Assembly (NCBI GenBank): GCA_051294905.1 | Contig: CM119385.1 | Span: 14,322,001 to 14,386,000 of the forward strand | Direction of reading: 5' to 3' | Length of the DNA: 64,000 nt | DNA from: Botryllus schlosseri | Lineage: Eukaryota | Part shown: positions 42,200-53,989 of the stretch, in pieces | How the letters are laid out: each line of letters begins with the position of its first letter | Position numbering within the stretch: the first letter of the stretch is position 1 | The notes under the pieces: generated by a model | The model's input: only the letters and a program-made list of their open reading frames with translations | Told to the model about the DNA's origin: nothing | The model's database searches: none | Program-made: the position numbers and the translations under genes

Positions 42200-43561
42200 C
42201 CTTGGGCATACGCGAGGAATCCCATGTAGTCAGTTCAAATTAGTGCTATGATGACGTCAAATATTTTCCATTGTGACGGGACAGCTGATTGACATGTATG
42301 ACTCCGGGAGTTAAAATGTAAAAAATAATATGGCCACATGAGTCTTCGGACAAAAAAGGTTCCCGACCCCTGTACTATAGGAATCACTGGCGTAACCGAT
42401 GCCGTAGCCAGCTGCAGATAAGCGGTTGGTGGGATTCCTCGGTTAAAAAGCTAACGATGACAAAATAAACATGTTTGGCATGACAGTTGGTAATATTTTG
42501 ATATTTTCTGACATTGTGGCACGCTGCACACAAAAGATTGCCGACCCCTGGCCTACGAATTCTAGCCTCGCGAAATTCGAAATTTGACGTTAGCATCATC
42601 ATCGATTTTATAAGTTTTTTACATCGATTTAAGACACCACGCGAATTGTGTGCACACCGAAAATATTGTAAGAGTCGAATAGTCCTACATCAAACACCCA
42701 CAACCACATTGACCTACGTCCTATATCTTACCTACAGAATACGCCATACCGGTAATATTCACTTAGGAACGGATACTGACTTACCGAGTTGTTATTTTGG
42801 GCTTCTGGTAGACAGAACATAATATGGCTTGGTATGGAATATGGAAATATGCAAGTGTGGTATGGTATATGGTAATTGCTTTTTGTCGGTATCTATATAT
42901 TTGTCGCGTTTCAGCGTTGCATGTAATATATCTCTTTGTCGTATACTCAAAAAATGAAGCTGTCATAATTTCAGACACTTCAGCTGCGGGGCCCGTTCAC
43001 CGAATTTCCGACACCACACGATTGCGTTGACGATGTAGTGTCGGTCAGCTAATTAATTTTTTATGTTTACGTCGCTGGCATATGTCATCGCTGCATTCTG
43101 ATGGGGGTTGAGAGGCATAGGATGCCGACACTCTGTGGGCGATGTTTATACTGGACAACAGTAGCCTATAGTTTCGGATTTGCGGGTCGCAATACAATGT
43201 GATCAGAAACCAGGTTTGTTAACGTTTGAGAGTTAATCGCTTGAAACTTGTCAATTCAATGACGCATGCGACCACTAATCATGTGGAGGCCATGTCGTCT
43301 TGGACCAAGCTTCGCAACAAAAGTTGTTCGTCGAATATATTAGGAATGTCAGTCCATAGTAAGTTAAAGTGACTTGGGGAAAATCGAATCAGATACAAAA
43401 CACTTTGCTCGAATCGAATCATCACTTTTCAATAGCGGAACAACTAACTATATAGTGACAAGACAACGAAAAAGTATTTATTACGGATTACCGAAAATAT
43501 GATTATTGATCGGTTGATATATGACCGACTTTTTTCGAATCATACGGCATACGGCATAAAC

Positions 43562-43677
43562 GCTACTCCAATAAAGTTGTTTCGACACCTTCCTATCTTT
43601 TCATTGTATCGCAGTCTTGTGATGTTTTGAAACGATGAAAATATTAACAAACCTGATTGATTGATTGATTGATTGAT
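43562..43677 (+). mobile_element. SINE/LINE 3' tail, copy 2, ending in (GATT)n
   Basis: Same body as 36731-36817, followed by ctgattgattgattgattgattgat. Confidence 0.7.
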
Positions 43678-45229
43678 GACTGGAATATTATCCTAATCAA
43701 TTTCTAAACAGTAATCCGTTTCGTCGATAGATATACCATATTTTGGTGTAGGATATGTGCCAGGTGGAAATCGCAAGTTTTTATAGGCCTAGGGTCTACC
43801 GGATTCAATTCAGATAACTGAAGAATAACTATTTTGTGGCGTACTTTTTACAGCTCGACGAGGCGTGATGCAGCGGGGTTACAGGGTTCGAATTCGAATC
43901 GCCCTATCCCACAATACTCGAAAACAGGGTGTTATATTAGATAAACTGGATAAAAATAAACGATAAGGTCGCGGACTTTGACGCCTACAAGAGACGTAAC
44001 AACCCTCTAATAGATCCGCCAAGGGGAACAGGATTTAAATACCCCCCCCCCCAACAAGCAAACAAATGAAATGCGGGCTGCCAGATATCAAAAAAATTCT
44101 TCAACAGACTTTTGACAATAACTCTATTCGCACAAAGTAGGCTACTTAACGGGTTGGTCCTCCTATTATTTCGAAAGTGCACGTCGCAGGCAATTTTCCG
44201 CAATTATCGGTATATATTGCACCATGTATTCATGGACGCATCGAGCAAGACAGAGAGCAGAGCGATCTGCTTTGTTGGTATATGAACCGCACGTTTCGTC
44301 CTGCTTTGAGAGGACTCTTGCGTATTTTTAGGCTTACCACATGTCCTTGTGGATTTGTCCTCCTTATGCGTTGCCATTCTTGTCCTTCCTAAATCCTCCC
44401 TAATCCTCCCTAATCGGAAGGCTGAACTAGAGAACGCCATAAATAACGCGGAATCTGTAATGCAGACGTTCGAGCGCGGGTCATTCGGAAGTAGGGTTGG
44501 AAAAATGACATTTTATAGTCAGCACCACAGCTGTTGAGCTGTATCCGTAAAAAATTGGTAATTCGGAGGCTGAGTCGGAACGATGACCTTTTTTAGTCAA
44601 TAAAACAGATTTCCAGTACAAATTTCAGAAGTTAGCAGTTCTCTAGACCGCAAATCTGACTTTAAAAATTTGTAAAAAGTGTCCTCCAGGGTCCTACGTG
44701 TTCGTATTCGAATATCGTAGGCCACGGTCCTCCTTTCCGGATTCCAAAATATGGTAACCCCATATTTTGAACTAGAAATATGATCAGCGTCATTTGACAG
44801 AGACCAGTAAAATATAGCTGACAACAATGTATGGATATTCTGGTTCAATCTAATCTAGATTTATAGATTTTTTAGCGATTTTCAATTCAAGATCTAGCGA
44901 CATCTAGCGATTTATAACACCAGTTATTCCGATTCTAGTTCATCCACAGTTAGCATTTGGCAACACTGGACTAGCTTATTATGGCATGTTGTATGCTCTC
45001 CTAGCATTGCCAAAGTGTCAAAGTGCTTAGATGTTGTGGACCCCCAGATGCCCTAAGACACTGTAGGTCAGATGAGTATGGTAGATCATTAGCCTATATT
45101 CATTTCGCGCTAGTTCCAGAAACAAGCAGTGAGTTGAGGAGTTAGTTAATATATTGTTATGTACAGTACACGTAACACGTCCAATGTCGAATGTGAGTTG
45201 CTATAGAGGACTCCCAAGTCAGTTGTATT

Positions 45230-45520
45230 TCTTGATGAGAGATGTGTCATCTGGTCATATGCCCATTACTGGATGGTAAAGGCAGATACGTTACTATTTG
45301 AATCATATCAAAAACAGGAAGGGACCCCAGTACGGATCTCTGTGGCCTGTCTGTGGCACACCCATTTCGGCCATTTGACTATTTCGAATTGTAATTTTTA
45401 AATATAGGATGAAATTCATAATTTTTAACGAATTGTCACCAATCGCATCTGTGTGATTCCAGTAGCAAGGCGTTCTGCTAAATGCCATAGCTGCCAAAGA
45501 TAGTGCAATAAGAAAGGTTT
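45230..45520 (-). pseudogene. Degraded non-LTR (LINE) reverse transcriptase fragment
   Basis: Minus strand reads GVPQ [short duplication] xSVLGPFLFLI, then a frameshifted NDLP-like segment and tat-g(ac)ca-gat-gac-aca (YADDT-like). This is the motif order of CR1/L2/Jockey-type RTs. Confidence 0.68.
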
Positions 45521-45709
45521 TGATATTGCTGAGTGATTTTATGGAAACTCAGCAAAATGCATTGTATTTAAAGTTTAAGAACTAACTGAGAACTTTATCT
45601 TATGGTTCTAAATTTTTTGATTTGAATTCCTGCAGTTACATAGTTTTCAATCAGAAGTTGGTCCTTGTGGAGTCTTGGTCAACCAATGGTGTATGGAATC
45701 TGATTCATA

Positions 45710-47213
45710 ATGGACGCTGGTAGTGAAGTGGGAAAGAGAGTTGACATCAATTCTGCTTCTGTAGAGGACTTTGTCACGAGATTAAAAGGAGTCGGCCACT
45801 CTAAAGCTAAAGCCATTGTGAGATTCAGAACGGTAAGTGTGGTGATTCCATTTCTTCTTACTCTTTAAAATGACTGATGCAATTATAAACTATTTGTTTC
45901 AAATTCCCGTATTTATATGTAGTGCTAAAAATAGAAAGAATATTTTTCTAATGGTCTGATTGCAGTGCTTTGGTTGTTTGCAAACATGATTTGTGAAATT
46001 TCGCTCTCTGCTGTCTCTCACTCTTTGAAAACGATTTATCAGAGCTCTATGTTGATTGCACTGTCAGGTTACGAGTACCAATGTCAGCTTTAGTTTACCT
46101 AATAAATAATGACTGTAGGAACACCCCACTGTACTGTAAGCTTCTTATTAACATGGGATGGGCTGAGTTTTGCTATATGTGACACTCTACGCTGTAAACA
46201 TAGTAATCTTTCAACGATGTTCACTCGCAGAGCGTATATGTTGACCTACACTGATCTACTTGTTTCAGTTTAATAAGTACCGGTAGTAACTTTTTAAACG
46301 CCATGATATAGCTGTACTGGTATGACAAGCTTTTGTATCGTTCCAAGACATCTTGATTTGCTTAACCTCGGTCAAGCCTGAGGGAATTTGATCCTACATT
46401 GATGTAAGCAATCGTGTTGCATTATAGTGCTGATGACAGTTGTTGTTTATTGACACAATGCTGTTGTTTACTTTGACCAATGACCAAGGTATGTGACTTT
46501 TAGTAAGTCTATATCAATATTGCGCCTGCTTTAACTTTGTTTGTTTTAAATCTGGCATGTCTACAAACCTGCTACCAACACCTAGGTAATATAATGTTCA
46601 TATCAACGTCTGACATAGCTGATAAATCCCAAATATTCATTGTCGCCTTTAATAAAACATTGACTGCTATTGGAACATACTTGTCTTGTCTAATGCTCAT
46701 TAGCATAATCCCTAATTCCTCATAAAGAGTTATAAGTGATTCTTTTCTTTCGGATATTGTTTCCATTTTGTACCTAATCACTTGATCAGGAACTAGAACA
46801 ATTCTCAATCGTGTGCTACTGTGTTCATTGATATATTGAAGAATGTGCTTCGAATTTTGAGATTAATTAATGTTGGCTGCTTTGCTACAGTGTGGCTAAA
46901 ATTATATAATAACTTATCCAACATTTACAGCGAGTAGTTGATGGTTGTTCACTGTTTTCTTTTGTTATATTTACTATAAATAACTGAAATATTTTAAGTA
47001 TCAATCAAGCTGGTATTTATTATTTTCAGACGGTGGGCAAATTCAAAAAATTATGTGAACTCACGGATGTTCCAGGAATAACAACACAGATCTTAGAAAA
47101 AAATCAGAATGTTTTACTCTGCGTGTCTGGTCGCAATAGACATCTTCCACATGTCAGTGCAAGAGATGAAGATGTGGACGGAATTACACCAGAAACATCT
47201 ATTATATTTTCAG
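45710..47213 (+). CDS. Helix-hairpin-helix (ComEA/HHH_3, EEPD1-N-like) module encoded by two exons; 3' end unresolved
   Basis: Exon 45710-45832 (ATG...ACG|gtaagt) = MDAGSEVGKRVDINSASVEDFVTRLKGVGHSKAKAIVRFRT. Exon from 47030 (ttttcag|) = TVGKFKKLCELTDVPGITTQILEKNQNVLLCVSG. The phase-0 join restores the 'INxASxEEL..L.GVG..KA.AIV.FR...G.F....EL..V.GI' pattern. Confidence 0.72.
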
Positions 47214-47444
47214 GTATTACGCATTGCTACATAGTCTTTCTGAATAATTTTACTGTTATAAATAGATCTGGTAGTGGTATTATACTGTATTTTTTCTACT
47301 GAATGTCACTCACTTATTCATTGGACAGTGATATGTCTCCTGACTGACGGTAATATTTATGACCATGATACGCCACTGTCACCCAGTCAGCACACAGTAC
47401 CAGGTTTACCTGGCGCAACAAGTGAATATATATAGATATCAGTA

Positions 47445-48480
47445 TAAGGATGGAGTGAAAAATGAAAAATTTTGAATTTCAAAAAAGTGTCTTGATATGT
47501 GGTGTCAAATAGCAAGTAAATAAATTCTATCATAATTTTGGGTTTGTACACCCTCTAGTGGTCGTGCATTTCCAACAAACGAGCCGAAAATAGCTAATTT
47601 CGCTATATCTTGATACCCGCTTACGCTAGAAAGCTAGTTTTGGGCTTAAAAGATGGAGAAGAAACATGTTTCTATCTCACTTCCATAGAACTTGCTCATA
47701 AAAATGAACAGAAAAAAGTTACAAGCGAATTAGCCTACTGATTTTATAGGTAAAATTAAGCACTGAAACAATGGGTAGGATGTCAAAAGCGTGTAGTGAT
47801 TGTTCTTGTGACTGAGCAACATATCCCATCAAATACAACTACTTTTCAAAACTTTCTCCAACAAATGAAGCCCCCTCCAAGTATAAATAGGGCTTGGGCA
47901 TCGAATAGTGACTGCAAAAACTGTATTCAACACGCCATTCATCGGTAGTGCGGCCCCGCGATATCGATAAGTTTAAAACAGTGACTGTCAAGAAATTTCT
48001 TACTAACATGCTGTTATAGGGTTTGTATCACATGTATCACAAAGCTCCTGATTGAAAACACTAAAATTGGAAATCCACATTCAAACCACAAACCTCAATT
48101 CTGTATTGGAAACAGAAATTATTTGTAATAGTATCACAGGTTATCAGGCTGCACAAACATTAATATCATGTTTAGTATTGAAAGATGTCATCTGCTTTCG
48201 AGACCTTCAGTTTTTGTCTGATGCGGCCATCTCTACGTTTGAATCCTGAAACATGGGCAGATGCTTCAGTCACCACGGTCACATGGCTCTCCACTGCCTG
48301 GTTTTGGCAAGGATGACTGAGCCGTAATGGAGATGATCTTAGGTTTTCCAGCTCGAGATCTGACAAGGTCTTGATTGCGGCGGCTGTTCAATATGTTTGA
48401 TGTTCAAGTTGCCAATTCGGTGGAAAGATTTAGCCTCGATCTTGATAATTGAAATCTGGAAGAATCTGATGCTGGTGTCA
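47445..48480 (-). mobile_element. Remnant of a distant hAT-like DDE transposon (C-terminus plus 3' end)
   Basis: ORF 48172-48366(-) HPCQNQAVESHVTVVTEASAHVSGFKRRDGRIR resembles the recalled 'PCHTQAVERxVKLVTEAS...RDGFIR' transposase C-terminus. Possible terminus taaggatggagtg at 47445. Boundaries approximate. Confidence 0.5.
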
Positions 48481-49249
48481 ATGTTGCTTTTTTTGGGTTT
48501 GGTTTCATTTATATACCCCCCTTCAAAGTCTTAACCTGTGATACCACACACTACACACATGTCGCACTGGAACGGGATTATCGTCATCTTAGCAATTAAT
48601 CTCAATGATTTCGTGCTATTTTCTCGACGATCAAGGTCGTGCATTTGTTTTATGTAGTTGCGACTTCCAATTCGGATGCTTTAATGGGTTGAAGACTTAT
48701 ATTTTTACCCAAATCGATTGCGTTATGAACAGGCGTCATTTGAATGCTCTGCTCACCTTATATCCTGCGCTGATGGTACGATCTGTCCTCTGAAATGGTC
48801 AGACTAGAGCTATCTGGTGCTACAGTAGCGTCTGACACAGAGTAGAAGTGACTTATTTCGATAATATATTTTCAAACTCAAACAAACAACCTTCAAATAT
48901 CTATGATGCAAATGTGATACTTCACTGGGTAAACGACCATAACAATAAATTCAATTGGTCTGGGGAGTTATGCTATGCTATTATTTAATATTCATTAGAG
49001 AAGACTTTCGTTATATATGCATTGCATACCATATGCGCTCATTTTTAAAACCAGTGTACAAGCAGGCTTGACCTTTCCAACCTTCGAAAACGCTTTTAAT
49101 TATATCAACTCTTGCGTGTTACCAGTAAGTATCAGTTCCCTCTACGCTGGACAAACGCTAGTCGTGCTCGTATCTTCATCGTTTATCAGCGATCGGAATC
49201 AATTGAATTTCAAGGACCAACAAATATCCAGTAGAAGTACAATCGGGCG

Positions 49250-51720
49250 AACTTTTTTCCATTAGGCTATCAATTTACGTCTGTACGTACGCACGCGGGT
49301 TAGCCTAGGTTTGAGTTTACTTACGTGAAAATATGGGATGTACGATGTCTTTGTGTTCTTTTGTCCGAAGTGTGTGCTTATAGCGTTTAGTTAGATCTTG
49401 CGGAGGAGCTGCTGCTGGGGTGCGCGAGTTTTGAGGGTCAAATTGTTGGGCTATAACCGTGATTTTGATATCAGCCTGCTCGGTAACCGTAATTATGTCG
49501 CTTGGGACGCGTTTTTTACAGTCGCGCGACAGCTGCTTGTTTTGATGGATCGCCGGGGTTCTTATCGGCGGTTCGCTTCAGAAGGCGCTACGTGAATTAT
49601 GCTATCTATTTCTATTACGCGATACGGAGCCTCGAAAGATGTGTTCACAGCGCAGGTATCAGCGGCGAAAACATTTGCGTGTGTGACTCCTGTAATGGTG
49701 ACTTTGCGATTTCGCGCTTGTTCGGTATTGCGAAGGATTTAGTTTGAGATTGTGCTCAAGGCGAACTTTTGTAGGTTGGTACTTGCGTTATTGGCATTCG
49801 ATAAAGCGGAGCGTTTGCATATTGCGCGGAAAATCTGGTTGCAGATATGCCGTCGAGAAGTTACAGCGCTACAGAGTGATTGGCTAGATTTTACCCAATT
49901 TCGAAAAGCTCCGGGGGAAAAATCCGAATTCCGCCTATGTGAACGCAGAATCGCGAAAAAACGCGTGGAATCTGGAAAGCGCTCACATTTACGATCTTAT
50001 TCTGAGAATTTTTGCGCTCATGTGAACGCAGAATAGCGAAAACCGCGGGGAATCAGGAAGGCAAAATTCTCATATTTGCGGAAATAGTCAGGGTTTGTGT
50101 ATTTACTTAACCTGGGAATATGTTATGGGATGTGAAAAGTTTTATGGTAAACGAATTAACAATCATATCTGCGACGTTCCCGTTGTTTTGGAGACTCGCA
50201 AAACTTGATACAGCCTGTGATACCATTTTTGAGGAATCATGCTGTGTCGAATGTGACGTCACTATGTAACTTCCTCATGTAGCCTGGGTGTTGCTCTGCA
50301 GGCGGGATAGGAACGTCAACTCCTATCATTCATTCGTGTGGGACAAATGCTTTGATAAAAATGTCACCGCCGCGCGGCAATATGCTCATTAGCACTATCA
50401 CATCCATGAGATGTGGTCAGACTTTGTACTGTGATAAAATGAACATAAATTTTCACCGTCGTGCTATTTTCACCGTCGTGCTGTGTGTTCTGTACAAAAT
50501 ACGCCGTGCTCTGTGTAGGCACACGAAGCCAAAGGCCCTCATAAAAGTGTATTACAAAAATGAATAAATAATAATCCGGTCTCCGCCTTCGACATGAGCG
50601 CAATTATTTCCGATTTTCACGCGCTTCACAACATCTATTACATAGATTTTACGTTCGCGCCAACGTCTTTGTGCGACTCATTTCGTGAAAGATCATATCC
50701 AGTCCTAATCGCGGGTAATAGATTCGCCAGTCGCATGTTTAGAAAATACCGAGACGGACGCAAGCAATACGTCAGAATTGCGAAACAATTGCCATCGATG
50801 AATAAACTGCCGTCCCATGCCGCTGACAAGGTCAGCGCTGCTCACAATACCATTAATAATAATGAATCGCTGATGTTAGAACGATGACTGTGGTCTCCGT
50901 CTCGCGATACCAAATTAACGGCTCCTGTTCTCCTTGTCGCTTCTAACAGAGCCTATCGTTTTACCTGCTGTCGATAATATTGCAGCTGTGCAAGTCGCTC
51001 GCCAGTTTAACAGTCGATTGTGACGTGGCGTCGGACTATGTAATGCTGTCGCACATTCGCGAGCCTGCGTAATATCTGTTTCGAAAGGAAGTGGTATTGT
51101 TACAGCACTGTTGCCTTAAAGTTGTCTGATGACGATTACGGTGATTATTGAAATAATTGTGCGCTATTTAAATACAGAACCCGGCGCTGGGCAGCTGCCG
51201 TTCGCGTAGCTGTTTACCCGTTGACAGTACGCCGTTTCGTACTGGCACGCCCTAGTTACTCCGTTAGTTGTATTCAAATCTTCGCTTCAAAAGTAAGCAG
51301 TCATATTGACGAAGTTTAATACCGATCAACGCGCCGCATATTATTGTTCGAATTCGTCTCGTGTTTCCGCGGATTCAATTGTGCGCCGACCAGCATGCGC
51401 CTATTGTTCTAAAGTCCGGCAAATCTGGTATCGTGCGCGTTACGCTGGCGAGAATTCCGCACACTGTATTTGTCGGTGTCTTGTTATTTTGTAAGGAAAG
51501 TGTTACTTTCGCCACGCCAGTGTGGAATGGGAAGTCGGTAATCGATTCAATGTAGCTTGTTTGATTTGCGCTCGTGAAGATAGAATAGCCGATTTCGTGA
51601 AGGGTGCACTATTTCCGCCGTCAACTTCACTTCATTTGCGCTGATATCTTAATTATTGGTACATCTATTTTGTGCACAGCGGCTATGTCGCAACCGTGTC
51701 GGCACCAGGCACAGGTGGGC
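49250..51720. promoter_or_regulatory. CpG-rich promoter/first-exon region upstream of FBXW7
   Basis: Visibly CpG-dense relative to the flanking AT-rich introns. Contains a strong + donor aaaa|gtaagc at 51293 and a small ATG exon at 51680-51714. Exact TSS unknown. Confidence 0.45.
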
Positions 51721-53989
51721 AAATTGTACTACAGTAGAAGTAGCTATTTAAAGGATATGTGAAAAGCACTCAAGAGTCAAGTAAGTAGTTTCCAAAAGTA
51801 GATGTGGTTGAAGGGTCGCATCTTTTTTGCAGTTAATTGGGCATATCTACTTTCGAAGTGACAGGATGCATCTCAGCGTCTAATGCGAAATAACTAATGA
51901 CGTGGGTGCCATTTTCGAAAATAAATTGAGTTGAAACAAGGGCTATTTGTCCAGTTGGCAGTACATTTGGTATGCGTTGTGCTTACTACTGACATATTGG
52001 GACATAGTCGACGTGCACAAAATAGCTGAACCCTCATGATTACCGTAGTGATAATGTATTTGAATTTTCAAAGCTCCATCATAATTATTGCTGAAATTTG
52101 ATAATGAATGAGACTTAACGAGTGCACATTCTGATTGTAATGATATGTAGGCTATTGAAATTTCAAATTGATGTTAATGTGATATTAATTAAGATAGAAT
52201 TTCTTCGCAATAACGTTGATTTAAAACTTCTAAATTTTCCAATCAAATTCGTGAACTCTCCGCCCCGGTTTCGATAATTTGACAAAAACATTACGGACCA
52301 AATGTGTGCACATGCAGTCATTATACGTCTACACGATTTTATCGGGCAGGTGAGAGTGGGGGGGAAGATAACGTAGATTGGAATGGGGAGCAGAGCCATG
52401 TTCGTTGGAGGAGGAATTTAAACCACACTTTCTTCACGGATGAGCGACCGAGCCAGAACAAAGACTCCGTAGAAGTTGAGACGCTGGACACTCCTTCTAC
52501 ATCCGCTCATAATTTGGAAGATTCTCTCTCATCACCGAATTCAAGTCAGTTACAATTGCAGAAAAAAGTTTTTTGGGCCGTAATTCCATTCAAAGGCATA
52601 GCCGCGGAAGCCCTGTTGTCTAATTTCACAATCAGGTTTTCTGATGTCGCTTCAGAAGTGAAAGATGCATTTGTTTTTTAATTGTTCATCTATCGCCTCT
52701 TGCCGATTTCTCTAGTTACATTCATTGTTCATCCGGCATTACCGCATATAAGTGACATGGGATGTGTTTCATAATACTGAAACTACGTTACGCGTATTGA
52801 CGCAATAGTAAAAATGACGATATGATGTGATTTGATGTTAGTGTCTCAATATAGCCTGTATTGGTTAGAAGCACTAATCTAGTGCTGTTGTTGACCATTG
52901 TATCACCCCTACCACCCGTTACCAAGCTGTTATCTCAGATATGAATTGATTATCTGATCTGTCCCTGTAGATAAACACAGTTCAAAGTTGATCTTATCTA
53001 ATTATATGATAAACTTGTAGCTGCGGAAAGACTGTTGCCTGACACTGAGTTTGTTTGTCATGATTGATTAATCACTCCATTGTGTAGTTGCTTCCTGAAC
53101 TAGATTAGTCAACCAGACTCATCTCTATGTCATTGTGCTACTAGAATTTACTGCTGTCTGTATCCTTACAGCATTGTTCAGTACACCCTAGTACAGTACA
53201 GGAAAAGAGGAAACATCTAATACGTGACATTTCAGAAGGTGCTCACTACTGTTTCAAATTCGATCGGCTCATTGTTGTAACTGGCAGTTATGATGGCAAC
53301 TTTTGCATTATTCAGAAGGCCGAAATTGCCAACGTGCGGTGCATCCTCTATTTGTGAGAATTGAGATGTTTGTTGTATCAAGGGAAAGAGAATTGGTTTT
53401 TTATTGTCCTGTCTTGTTTTTATACTAATTGCTTCCTAACGCATATATTCTGTTTTCTACAATGAATATTTTTCGGGTGGGGGGCAGGTGCTCTGTTTAA
53501 TATTAGGGAATGCTGGACAAGCCATTTTGCGATATGTCATATCCATAGGAAGAGTGAATCTTGTAAATGTTTTTTCAATTATCACAAATGTTTGGTTCAT
53601 TGCGTGTATGACAATTAATAGAGAAAACTTTTTCTGGTGCGAGCTGTGTGTGGAGTATTTTTTAGAAACGACGAGTAACCCTTTCTCGTTAATTCATATC
53701 AATTTGCAACGGTGATTGTGTCGAATTGTGTCTGATATCTAGGCACAACTGTTGAAAAATTTATCCCCTAAGCCGCAGTAAATATGTTCAACATTGCACC
53801 GCTTTGTAGTGGTGCCACTGACCTTGTCAGCCAAGCGCTGATCACAACTTTGAGCTTGAATGCATTATTCCAAACTTCTCCGGCATTGAAGCATCATTAT
53901 ATCATGTCTATGAGTAATGATCATTTCAATTGCACTGACCACATCTTGCGGTACTATTCGAAGTATATCTCATTCAAGATACCCCAATC

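Noticed and set aside
41959-42243. ORFs with PEPDQ/RP repeats
   Set aside because: They are translations of the ccggagcc arrays inside the 41793-42199 MITE.
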